DNA of 64,000 bases, taken from assembly GCA_002633005.1 (NCBI GenBank), contig NMRA01000003.1, forward strand, positions 542,696-606,695, read 5' to 3'. The notes under the pieces were generated by a model. The model worked only from the letters and a program-made list of their open reading frames with translations. It did not search any database and was not told the DNA's origin. Below are positions 1 to 11,293 of the stretch, one piece after another (the stretch's first letter is position 1; each line of letters starts with the position of its first letter). Position numbers and translations under genes: made by a program. Source of the stretch: Phoronis australis. Taxonomy: Eukaryota; Animalia; Phoronida.

Positions 1-598
1 CTCGAACACAAATACTTCCGTTATTGAACTTTTTGTTCGAGCAGTCACTCGTTCAGTTCCCAAAATCGTGAATTCGTCATTTTTATACTGCGCACGCTCC
101 AATTTTTACAGCACTCGCTAGGTGATGTGAATTCATGACTTCAATCTTTAAATACGCCAAAGGTGAGCTATTGCTGTCTTGTCAGTCAAATGTTCGTTTC
201 CCAAATGCCACCACTACTTGTCTTTAATTGGCATTACTTGAAACTGATTGTATTTCAATGAATTATTGTTTGTATTTGATAAAAATAAATGCTGTTGATA
301 TGACATTTATTAGTCTTTGTGCACATATTTGACATTTTAATGTTTAACAATCACGGCAAATGCACGGTTGGTTCCCGGCAGCACATACGCAAAGGGGACT
401 TCGGCTTTCAAAGTTCGCCGGTAGGACCGCAACTTCTGACCTTCGGCCTGGTTAAAAGAATGAGGTCATATCTCTTGGCGTGCGCCAAGTGTTGAGTTCA
501 CGATTTTGGGAACTGAAATAGAGACTGCTCGAAGAAAAAGTTTTATAACGGGAGTATTTGTTTGAGTTGGAAAAAATTAAACACATCGACAACCTCCT
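1..598. mobile_element. Non-autonomous DNA transposon (MITE) with long subterminal inverted repeats, left end cut off by the window; Kolobok-like right end
   Basis: Bases ~1-75 are the reverse complement of ~495-566 (TTCACGATTTTGGGAACTGAA...GACTGCTCGAA...GTATTTGT). The element ends ...ACAACCTCC-TAA, resembling a TTAA-targeting Kolobok terminus (family is inference). Confidence 0.65.
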
Positions 599-765
599 AA
601 GGTATTCCTCTATGCACAAAAGGTATTTATAACAATGTGACTTGGATGTTTTAGTCGGTGCGAGGCATAATTCGCCAAAAAGCTTCCGGCGTATGGAGCG
701 CCTATAGGAGCTGCATCGCCTCTGATCGGGCCAACAGAGGCGATAGTCATTGCCTAGGCAACACG

Positions 766-1209
766 CACAGGCGTCCTCAGCTGATCATCCCCAATACACT
801 ACATATAATACTACAAGATAGAAATTCCACGGGTTCTTCAATTCAGCCATCCATATCAAACACATAACTCAATAAATTTACACAAAACAGGGGTTCAAAA
901 ACCATGAGAAATTTGTTCTTTCTTATAATACCATTCACGGTGTCCTGCTCCAGCGAGTTCGCAAGAAATTCGCTGTCAAAGCACAAAAATGTTCCCAAAA
1001 AGCCCAAAATCGAAGACGTTACTGTAGCCGAGTTTTAGGACTGTAGGTACATCATTGTTTGCATGTACACGTTCTTGGACTGGGCGCTTATTTCAGCAAA
1101 GTCTGAAAACGCGTAGGGGGGGATGCTTATAGGGGCATGGGCAGTTATTACGGCGAATACGGTATATATTTAGTGTATTGGGAACGATCAAAAGCTGAAG
1201 ACGCCCGTG
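766..1209. mobile_element. Split arms of the CACAGG foldback MITE family, with the right end of a pogo/Tigger-like MITE between them
   Basis: 766-810 matches the left arm and ~1172-1209 the right arm of the intact element at 23263-23359. A Tigger-like terminus (...GGCGAATACGG-TA) lies at ~1150-1164. Confidence 0.55.
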
Positions 1210-1662
1210 GTTTTCACTGAATAACGGACGTTGGCGCTATTCAGTGAAACTCGTTCCCAGTAGCCATTTTGAAGAGGAACCCCTGTACAACACTTTTATT
1301 GGGATTTTCCGTAGATAAACCCACCCGATGAAATGCCCATGTATGTTTATTTGGAAAATTATGCCGAATCAACACCCATTGGCGTTTATTTGGTGTTGCG
1401 ACTTGTGGGGTCAAGTGTCTAAAAATAATTGGCGTTCATTCAGAAAATTTTCTCTTAAAAGCCCTGACAGCGTCAACTTTTATCCACAAATTCAGGTTTG
1501 CGCAACATTTATAATTAATAAAAATGTAAAAGTGGTGGCGAGCTATCTTGTAAATGTGCTTGTGGTGAGTCATATGAGCCTGTGTTAGCTACTTGCTAAC
1601 AGGCAATTGCTTATTGCCTGAATGGTTAGCATGCTCGCCGGTTTTATGAGAATCGCTGGTTC

Positions 1663-2821
1663 AATAGTCCTTTTGCGAGTTTATAACAATAACGCGAGAT
1701 TACGTGAGACTTAACTGTGACGTCACGGGAAGTGGGGCAAAAGCTTGTCGTTTGGCTCATTTGCCCAATACGTTAGCAGAGTGTATTCTGTTATTTTCTT
1801 CCACTTTTTGGCCGTTTAGTTCGAAAAATGCCAAACAAGCATTGCTGTTATGGCAAATGAAATTCAGATTCGCACTACAATACGTTCTATCGCGTTTTGT
1901 ACTAATTTCGTTTCGTGTATTTTAAACGGGCGATAGGCGAAATCCGCTTACTGATTAAGTTTTCACCACGTCAAAAATACATTCTACATCTAAAATTGTC
2001 ACCTAAAAAGACGCTTACTTTCTCCAGTTGTCCTTTCTACTTCTAAACATATCTTCGAAGAAGCATAGCTACGGGAATTCAGGTGACTTTGGCGAACAAT
2101 TCCAACTCCACATTGTGGTTACTGTTAACTTAAACCGCACGCGCGATAACCACAAAGTAGTTCAACTTGTCGGGTGAGTATGAGGCAAAGGCTAGCGCGA
2201 GACTGAGTGAAGCGCGAGACCTGGCGCGTGACACTTGCAAAATAACATGAGAACGTATCAAGTGAATTTGTAAGATTTGTTTTCTTTGGACTTATTGTTC
2301 GTGATTTCACGTAACTTTCTCAAAATGGCGCCCTGTGAGAGAAACTTGAGCGAACCGCGAGGTTTTCATGGATAGGTTCAAGTTATTTGTAGACTAAATT
2401 GTATCCAGAGTCAGGGTATGTGTTAATTAATTATAAGTCCATGTGCACATATGCATGTTTCATTTGATTCTATTTGCTGTATTTTGAAGTGAGTAAGTTT
2501 TTATGGGGATAAACTATCGCTCCTGTATGCTTGCGGCATTCAGGCCTAGACCGGGTTGAGTTCCAATTTCACTAGTCCGTTCACAGCTTCGCACAACATA
2601 ACAAGTTCACATTTTCTTCGTCCATTCACAGTTATTCCACGATCCATCTACTATCTTTTAAGTTGTGTTAACGTTTTAAGCGTAAAATTCACCATATGAA
2701 TTCAGTAAAATTTAGCGTGTGTAGCAAAGACTCGGGGGGCCAAACAAGACCAATATGGCGGGTTTTGCCCCTTTTCCGGTGACGTCACATTGACTAACGA
2801 GAAACTCGCAAGTGAGCTATT
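1663..2821. mobile_element. Non-autonomous TIR transposon (AT|AG...CT|AT termini; ISL2EU/Harbinger-like by inference)
   Basis: AATAGTCCTTTTGCGAGTTT (1663) pairs with AAACTCGCAAGTGAGCTATT (ends 2821). Subterminal GTGACGTCACGGGAAGTGGGGCAAAA (~1717) pairs with TTTTGCCCCTTTTCCGGTGACGTCAC (~2763). Confidence 0.6.
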
Positions 2822-2899
2822 CTTGGGTCTGGTAATCTAAGCTATTGCTACAAATGGCGTAGTTGGCAAACAGATGATCTACCGATGAAGCACTGCCAA

Positions 2900-3665
2900 C
2901 TGTTGCCTGCCAGCTGTATGACGACTATCGTCAAAATACAGCTAGGTACCACTGTGTGTTTAGAGCCGACAGACCTTGGAATTGCACACAGCCAGGTTAG
3001 TTTTGCTCGTCGCCTCCCGTGAAAATTGTATCAACATGCAGAGCCACAGACCGGCGCGGGTGCATGCAAAATCTATGAATCAACCGACACTCACCTTACC
3101 CGTTAGAGACGTTTAAGTGAAAAACAATCTAATAAACGTCATTTCCTTGCGTAATTCTTCGCCTTTTGTAACAATGAAAAGTATTTTGTCGTTTTGAAAA
3201 CAGTGCGCTCCTGTCACGCCCACGCACCATTTCCTAAAATTTTGTGACATCTTTCGGGAGATGATGACAGCTTCGCAGTGGCAGAATTAATTCTGAAATT
3301 TGGTTTGCGGGTATTAAAATACTTGTAACTTGTAACCAAATGAAACCAGTTCCGATAATTAGTTGTGACAGTTACGCAACCTCGTGGAAGAACTGTTGAT
3401 TGAAGAATCTGAGAAAAAAAGGAACTGGCCAATAGGTGACACAATATTTCATGGCACCAAAAGCTGACGCTAAAGATTGCTCCACAACTTTAGCAGCAGA
3501 ATAACGGTAGAATGCCATTTTTTCCAACACCATTAAATAATTTAATTTACTCAAGGAAGACTAGTTTTTAATGACACTAATTTTGAGTCAGATTTTATCT
3601 TGCCAGTTTTTTACCCGCATCGGCACAAAGCTGTATATTTAGTATACAGCTTTGCGCCAAGGCTA
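2900..3665 (+). mobile_element. Left part of a dispersed TIR-element family (other copies at 25480-25885, 26690-26990 inverted, 27013-29230)
   Basis: Colinear similarity with 27015-27140 plus 28051-28670, e.g. GACTATCGTCAAAAT.AGCTAGGTACCACTGTGTGTT, AATCAACCGACACTCACCTT.CCCGTTA and TTTAATGACA.TAATTTT. Confidence 0.75.
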
Positions 3666-4005
3666 TGCCAACTAGTACCTGCAGACCTTGCATGGCGCGC
3701 ATGGATGGTGATGGTGAAAGTTCCTGTGGCTGGTTGTATGAAACAGTCCCAAATGGGGATTCAACTAAGTTCCCAAAATCTACTGCGTATTTGCGGGCTT
3801 TTGAAAACACTGTCCTACCTTATGCTGTTTCAGTATCATTACTACTGCCAATTTTTGGCTTTGATACAAATCGAGAGTGAACTCCAGATTGAATTCTCAA
3901 TATTGTTGGAAATAGGTAGGTATCTTTTCATGCAACGCCCCCAATTTAAGGAAGTCCAAAGTCCTAACTGTTTTGATTGAATTAAGGGGTCAGTTATTTG
4001 TTATA

Positions 4006-4772
4006 CCGTACTCGTCCGGGTTACGGCCCATGCTTGGCTCACCGCCCACCCCTGAAAATTTCAATTTTTCATTTTTAAGCGCCCATGCTTGGCTTACCGC
4101 CCACCCCCATTTTTTATGATCGAGACTTTATAAAAGTATCTATGCTTCTGTGAACGTTTGTGGCACAAAATTTAGATTCCAAAACGTGCGCAACTCGCTT
4201 ACTTTTCTGTGACAATCAATCAGTTTTATTGGAAGTGGAACCTTGCCCTTTGGCTTTGAACTATGAAAAAGAAATGTACAATGTGTATAAAACGTTACAA
4301 TGTTAAAGTGTTCAATCAGAAAACCTGTCAATCATTAGCAGGTGTTTGGTTGCCTAACTAAGTTCAAAATATTCAGTAAGAAGACCTGTCAATCATTAGC
4401 ACCTGCTTGGTTGTCTAAGTCTCCAGGGAAGCAAATCTTTACACAATCAAGTGCTTCCCTTAAAAATACTCCTCGAACTAGTGGAGTCTTGTGTGATCAG
4501 TCTTTTCTCAAGAAAATTGCCGTACTGACCGCACGCCTACCTGTAGGAATACCTTAGTTCTAAGAGATGACCAGCAGCGACCGAGGTATGAAAAACCCAA
4601 TCGACATTATTGTAGCTCCGTCGGGGTAAAATCAATCCTGCGTACAGTAAGCAACAACTCCCGACTTTTCAAAAATTTCAATTTTAACCGCCCATGCTCG
4701 GCTTACCCCCCACCCCCTGTTTTTTAAGATTCCCAATTTAAGCACCCTGGGCGGTAATGCAGGCGAGTACGG
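4006..4772. mobile_element. pogo/Tigger-like (Tc1/mariner superfamily) MITE
   Basis: TA|CCGTACTCG...CGAGTACGG|TA termini with a TA duplication. Internal repeated GCCCATGCT(T/C)GGCT(T/C)ACC.CCCACCCC motifs at ~4026, 4081 and 4690. Confidence 0.8.
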
Positions 4773-5097
4773 TATTATTAGAAAATGCCATTAGTCAAAG
4801 AAGACCTCATAATAAAGATAAACTAGTAGAAAAATTGTTATCTGGGCCTGAGCGAAACAAATACAAAAAAGATTTAGTGAACTTAGTTGAATCCCTATTT
4901 TGGACTGTTTCATGCAACTGGCCACAGGAGTCAAGGAACTGTATGAGATACAACATTGTGTTCACTTGTTGAGGTGGTAAAGGTACCAAGGGAAGTTGAT
5001 GACCTGTATGCGAGACAACTTGGTGTTCACCTTCCTGGTGGCGTGCCTGTTCCGTAGGAAAGGGGGAGTGTTGTAGATGTACTTCCGGTGAATTTAT

Positions 5098-5276
5098 GAG
5101 CCTCTGTTAGCTACTCACTAACAGTCAATTGCCTATTAGCTGAATGGTTAGCACGCTCGCTGATTTTATGGGGGTCGTTGGTTCGATTCCCCAGGCGTTT
5201 ATTTGGTGTAATTGAAACGCCTGAAAATTTAACATTTTCCGAATACACGTTCATGGGCTTATCTACGGAAAATTCT
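5098..5276 (+). repeat. Right part of the GGGATTTTCCGTAGA-TIR element containing a tRNA-like A/B box segment (also duplicated at ~1576-1665)
   Basis: TAGCTGAATGGTTAGC (A-box-like) and GGTTCGATTCC (B-box) at ~5137-5191. Ends TCTACGGAAAATT, like the element at 22632-22998 whose left end matches 1301-1400. Confidence 0.55.
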
Positions 5277-5514
5277 AGTACCCTATTCAGGGTGATCTCA
5301 TGTCCTTGGTGCAGCCCAGACTGGGTTATTGTTTACAATCTGACTCTATTAACAACAATAACGTACATACTTGATTCTTATATTTTCTGAATTCTCCTAT
5401 CAGTACACGGTGATTCCAAAAATGTATTACTTGTACTGATTGGTCCCTTCTTATTCATAAATTCAGAGTTTTTCCAAGGCATTCATTTGCAATGCGTATT
5501 TAGTGAGGCAGCCA

Positions 5515-6935
5515 TTTTTATGCGCCCACATTTTATATGTGGACGCATTATGTCGTCATCTCCGTCCGTCCTGGCGGCGTCCGTCCGGCGTCCGCTGCTT
5601 TATCTCCAAAACCCTTTGACATACGTTCATGAAATTTGGCACATATGTTCCATTCATGAATGGGGCATGTGCGAACTTTCGGACGGATCCAACTACCGGT
5701 GTGCCCCCTAGTGGCAATTTTAGTTTTTTATGCTTACCTTTGTATCTTCAAAAACCCTGAACAGATTTTCATGAAATTTGGTATGTAGGCACCTATTAGT
5801 CAGATGACGCTATCCACCCGTTTTCAGATGGATTCGACATAGTTTGCGCCACCTAGTGGCCATTTTTAGTGTTTTCGAGTCTGTTTTTGTGCGTCCACCC
5901 CTCTATCAACCAAACCGCTCAAAGGATTATTGTGAAAATTGACATGTATGTGCTTACTATAAAGAGGACAGCTGACAATGATTTTCAGACGATTTGGACT
6001 ACTGTGATGCCTCCCAGTGGCAGTTTTGTTTTTTTGTGCCTATGGCTGTATCTCCTAAACCGTTCGCAGGATCTTTACGAAATTTAATAAGTGTATTTAT
6101 ATGATGTTAACAACAGACGACGACGACTTTTGGACGGATCCGCCTACCAGTGTGCCCCCTAGTGTCAATTTTATTAGTGCGATGACGCTATCCTCCCGTT
6201 TTCGGATGGATTCGACCCAGTTTGCGACACCCAGTGGCCATTTTTACTGTTTTTGAGTCTGTTTTTTTGGCGTTACTATCAACCAAACTGCTCTAAGTAT
6301 GATTGTGGAAATTGGCTTTTATGTTCTTACTATGAAGAGGACGGTTGACGCTGAATTTCCCAGGACTTTGATTACTGTGGCGCCTCCTAGTGGCAGTTTT
6401 TTTTTTGCACCCATGGCTCTATCTCCCAAACCGTTTGCAGGATCTTTACTAAATTTAGCAGGTGTATTTATGTGATGTTGACAACGGACGATGACGACTT
6501 TAGGATGATTCTGACTACCGGTATGCCTCTAGTGGCAATTTTAGTATTTTACATTGACCTCTGTATTTTCATAGGTCTTCAGGTGTATACTTTGTGTTAC
6601 TTCGTGACTGTGAAGGAAAAGTTCCAAGTAGAAATTTGTTTCTGGCATTCTAATGCTGTGCTAATCTCGTATGTTGGTAAATTTGTTTTTAATTCTATGT
6701 TTCTGTGGTGCTTTAAGCAACTGATGTATAGGATGTGCTTGTATTATGAAGATCACTCACATTTTGCCCCTAGCCTATTGAGGAGACAATGACCATGCCT
6801 TTCCGTTTTGCAAAGTACAACATACTACATATATGCCCTCTACTGGCCACTTTGTGGTATCAATAAACAACCCTAGAAGGATACCGTATACGGTGCAATT
6901 GTGGGCGCATTTCAACGCTCTGCGTTGCTCTTGTT
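5515..6935 (+). mobile_element. Non-autonomous Helentron/DINE-1-like element (HINE) with internal tandem repeats
   Basis: T-run, then sub-TIR ATGCGCCCAC (5520-5529), a nearby inverted copy GTGGACGCAT (5539-5548), a GTCC-type microsatellite (~5560-5594) and internal repeats. At the 3' end: sub-TIR GTGGGCGCAT (6901-6910), hairpin CAACGC-TCT-GCGTTG (6913-6927) and CTTG-TT. This is the canonical HINE layout. Confidence 0.85.
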
Positions 6936-8989
6936 ATAAGTGCGACACCTTTTAGCAGGATTGATAACTAACAGATAACCTAGCCAGAGTGAAGTTGGTT
7001 CGATACAGAATGTTTTTCTGTGTTCACGTATTTTAGCATGCCAATGATATTAGTTATCTTATTACCTTGAATTCCACTTGGTTGAAACAGTTTTTGTCTC
7101 TGAGACGACACATGTCTGCCTTACACACGAGCCGAAGTCGTGTCCGCGAGAAGTCAAGTGTTTTCGAGGATGTCATTTGTCTGAGAATACGCACTCGTGT
7201 TTTTCTAAAGAAGTCTTTAAGAGGCACTCTTTTATATGTTTACTGTTTTTAACTAAAGAGTTTCCCTAATGTGCCACACAGTATCTTGAATACAGTTAGC
7301 CAATTTTGGGGTCTTCTGACACACGCGTGATCATTGTAGTTACCACTGCTGCCGATAGGTGTCACAGTTTTGTAATGGTATTCACCCGAGATCTGCTTAC
7401 TAGCAAGTGAACACCTCTGTGAATGCATGATTAAGGAGAGAAATACTTTTTTATAATCACCATGATCACCATGGCAAGAGGATTCAGAAAATAGTAAAAT
7501 CAAGTATGCACGTTAATAGAGTCAGATTATAAACAATAACCCCGAACGGATGTCTGTGCCAAACTGATTTAGCACACTTCAATTTGGCGCCAGTTGGTGA
7601 GCCAGTCCGATGCCTGCACTGCACCAATCTGAATCTACTTAAGTGCCCAAACTACAGCCAGTGGTTTATTTATGGTTTTTTAACGGTTATCATAACTGAA
7701 ATTGACGGCATTGACTGCTCACAAATACAGGTCATATGGGGAAAGTGTCCTGAGAGGCGCCACACTGTAGCTTCAGCTTGGTGCCGGCAACAGTTATGCT
7801 CAGTTGCCAAAATCGGGAACTGGCCATTTTTAACACTGCACACGTTCCTGGCGTGCGCAGTAAAAATAAAAGTGATGGTTTTGACATCCTTAAAATTGCG
7901 ATCGTAATTCATGCTTGTACAATGTAATTTCATGGTGGCACTTTCTACCCAGTGGCCATCAATAGTAGACAGACTAGCAGATGAAGGGTTTTGACTCTTT
8001 TAAATGTTATTCTAATGAAGTGTATCAATATTACTAAAAATATTAAAGAAATGCCACACAACTTTGTGTCCATCTCATTTTTATAAAGGTTGTTCCAGTT
8101 CTTAGTAGTCTTAGTAGCATCAATTCCCTTTTCCTACTACTAGCATCTACACTTTAGTTTTTTGAGACAATAAAAGCAACTTGAGAATTCTGTACAACAA
8201 CAGTTGCCTGACACTTCACTTGACAGTCGTTTGTTAAGTGAAAATTCTTGTTAGTAATAAGACATAGCGTCTACTTATCAAGTTTGAAGACTTGTGGGCA
8301 AATGGAGAACTTTATGTGTTGGTTAAGACCAACATTCTTTGACAAACTTCTGAAGTGTTTACCATTATTTGACATCAGTTGAAATTGAAACGTTCTTATG
8401 TAATGTTGCAACAGCTTCATCCAAAAGTGCAAACATTGTTTCCCTTATTGTTTTCTTGTTTAACATAATAGTTATACTTGTAGCCATCTGCTTAAAACTG
8501 TATTTCCTCAATATTTAGCCCTCAAACTATGAATTAGGCCACTTAAGCTTATTAAATGGGTCTGTATCTTCCTGTGATTGAGCAGCCATGTAGCCTTATC
8601 CTTAATTGCTTGGAGTGAGTGCTTTACGGGTTATAAGATTCCAGTCACTTAAACACAGAAATAGTTATGTTGAATTTGCGACTAAATTTCTGTCTTGTCT
8701 CTAAGTGGGTTTTCATGAAACGGACCCCTGATTGACATAGTCTTGCATAGTGGTAATTTGTTTACTTTGAATTTCTTTAAAAAAACGCAAAATTTCATTT
8801 TTTTTGAATAATTTACGGAATTAGGCGATACCATGAGTTTAGATAGAATTTTGAATGGGCTTTCAGAAGATGTTTTCCATTTTTCGCTAGGACGTCTACT
8901 TTTCGAGTTATTTGAGATTTTCCGATAACGCTGTTCCTTTGTTGAGCGCTCTTGCTGCATTGATGTTGGTTTATCTTCTATTGAACTAG

Positions 8990-9330
8990 ACTGTAGCCTA
9001 TGTCTTATTGATTTATGACATCTAAGTTCGTCATATGAATGTTGTGATGTTGTTCATCATCGCCACCACCATCATCATATTCGTCATCATCGTCATCATC
9101 TTTGTCATCATCTCAGTCGTTGTCTTTTCCGTTAATTTCTCCAAGTGTCGCTCAAGACTGTAGCCTTTTTCTTACTGATTTCGGACTTCTACGTTCGTCA
9201 TGTGTATGTTATTATTACTTCTTTTGTTCATCCTCGTTACTTCTTTTGTTCATCCTCGCCACCATCGTCGTCATATTCGTCATCTTCGTCATCATCTTTA
9301 TCGTCATCTTTTTGGTTAATTTCGCCAAGT
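8990..9330 (-). repeat. Two diverged tandem copies of a GAT/GAC-rich (Asp-rich on the minus strand) block, interrupted by stops
   Basis: ~8990-9142 and ~9157-9328 share CTGTAGCCT...TCGTCAT...TTGTTCATC.TCGCCACCA...TCATATTCGTCATC...GTTAATTTC.CCAAGT. The minus strand reads DDDKDDDEDDEYDDDGGEDEQKK*. Confidence 0.6.
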
Positions 9331-10399
9331 TTCGCTCCTCGGAGCGCTTTCAGTTTATTGTTTGCAATAAAAATGATATTAGCGTGTTCCCTTTGGAAAA
9401 AATGTGTATTGATAATTGTTTTTTTGAACTGACGGAGAGAAAGATATTACACAAAAACGAGGTGAGCAATTTGCACCTTCATTCATTTCATATGAGAGAA
9501 CCTTGGGAATGCTTCGCATCCGTTTTCTCAAGGCTAAGGTTGTATGTGATAAACACGCAGTTTAAAATGTGTCAGACTCGAGAGCTTGTGGCTTTCAGTG
9601 AAATCCAAGATGACAATATATAATTCTTTGCTTTGGTGTATGTTACGTGCTGTCTGCTCATATTAGATTAGAAGATTTCCTCCGCAGCCAGAATGTTCCT
9701 ATGGCTGTGACATCACCACAAGAACATGCATCTTGTCGTGGAGCCAAAATTTTGTGTGAAAATGGATGTCAAAATTTTGCCTGCTGGAAAACGCCTGTAC
9801 TCTATCCAGTCCTCTAGTTAGTGAATTGTGTTGCTCTGTCAGAGTTTTTTGTTTTGTTTATTTTTTGTTCCCATATGTTCTATGATCAACATGAAATTTA
9901 CCATCTCATGCTAACTGTGACGCCCCTTTGGCCCTTGTTGCAATTTTGTTTTTGCCTGCACCTCAATATCTACCATGTGGCTTGATGGATCTTCATGAAA
10001 TTTTGTTTTTGTGATTCAATTCATGAATGTAGGCCTGACATTGACTTGCCAAGTACTGTGGCATCCCTTAGTGGCAATTTAGTTTTTTGTGTGTGACTCT
10101 ATATTTACCAATTTCCTTGATAGATCTATCCAACATACAGCAAGATGGCAGCATTTGCCTTGTTTCAGACAGTTTTGACTTGTAATAATACACCCCCTAG
10201 TGGCTATTTTATTTTGTATATTGCACAATACTAATAAAAAACCTATAAACACACTGCATTGCTCTTGCCCACTATACTTGTATGTGAAATTCAAGATGGT
10301 TGCTGTCAAGTTGACAATGCTGTTTTTCACGAAGGATTGTCTTAGGTGAACTAGTAGCCAATGGCTAGGTCATTTTAACGGATTTTCCTTAAATTATAG

Positions 10400-11293
10400 T
10401 CGCTCGCCGAAGTCACTAATGCTACAAAAGATCACAATTCTGCTGTGGCATTCCTACGACAGAAAAAGGTACTACGACGGGAGCCTCCAAGATGCACGCA
10501 GCGACATGGCCGACAGATGACAGAAGTGAAGAGTGGACAGTCAGCAATGTGGCGATGTCCTAGGCACAAAAATGTGAAACTTTCCTTACGTCATGGCTCC
10601 TTCTTTGCGGATTCAAGTTTGAGACTTGAAGTATTGATACACCTTGTATGGGCTTGGGCATGCGAGCTGACTGTGGAGAATGCAGCTAAATTGACGGGCA
10701 CGTGTCGGACGTCTGTGATGACTTGGTTTGATTTCATGCGTTGTGTGTGCAATTGGTGGCTGGTCAATAATCCATTCGGCCAACTTGGCGGTCCAGGTAT
10801 TATTGTTCAAATTGAAAAACCTGTAATTGTTCGACGGAAATATCACCGTGGTCGCCGAGTTGCTGAGAAATGGGTTTTCGGTGCATATTGCACAAGGCAG
10901 CGTGTGTTACGACTCGTGCAAATTAACAGTCGTTCAGCGGTGACACTTTTAGGCATCATACGCAAATGGATCGCGCCAGGATCCATCATATGCAGTGACT
11001 CGTTTGCCAGCTACAAAGGTTTGGCTAATGTTCCAGTTAACCCCCCGTATATCCATCGAACAGTGGACAGTTCTGGAAAGTTTTTGGATCCGGTCTCTGG
11101 GGCAACTGTCAACGGTGTGGTACGATTCTGGAGTAATTCCAACCGTCGTCTAAGAATTATGTCCTTGTTTAATGATGCCCAGTTGCAGAAACATCTTGAT
11201 GAATCTATGTGGCGCCAACAACATGGTTGCAGTCCCAGTGAAGCATTTCACAATGTTCTGCACCACATCTCACAATGGTACGAGACACCTTAG
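10400..11293 (+). CDS. Merlin/IS1595 (ISXO2-like) transposase-derived coding exon, 297 aa, catalytic residues substituted; probable domesticated terminal exon
   Basis: Family motifs: zinc-ribbon-like C..H/C..H, SLRHGSFFADS, GGPG..VQI, RRKYHRGR...WVFG, RSAVTLL..I..WI.PGS.I.SD...Y, Y.H.TV, F.DP..GA. The frame is open back to 10400, directly after the acceptor TTTTCCTTAAATTATAG. There is no in-frame ATG before the first Cys. Confidence 0.88.
   Translation, partial: SLAEVTNATKDHNSAVAFLRQKKVLRREPPRCTQRHGRQMTEVKSGQSAMWRCPRHKNVKLSLRHGSFFADSSLRLEVLIHLVWAWACELTVENAAKLTGTCRTSVMTWFDFMRCVCNWWLVNNPFGQLGGPGIIVQIEKPVIVRRKYHRGRRVAEKWVFGAYCTRQRVLRLVQINSRSAVTLLGIIRKWIAPGSIICSDSFASYKGLANVPVNPPYIHRTVDSSGKFLDPVSGATVNGVVRFWSNSNRRLRIMSLFNDAQLQKHLDESMWRQQHGCSPSEAFHNVLHHISQWYETP

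Noticed and set aside
2322-2420. AAAATGGCG start/YY1-like motif with a GTATGT donor as TOMM22 exon 1
   Set aside because: In-frame TAG after 16 codons, not acidic, and located inside the 1663-2821 TIR element.
9102-9623. 173-aa hydrophobic ORF on the plus strand
   Set aside because: It is the antisense reading of GAT/GAC repeats; the apparent TM stretch is a low-complexity artefact.
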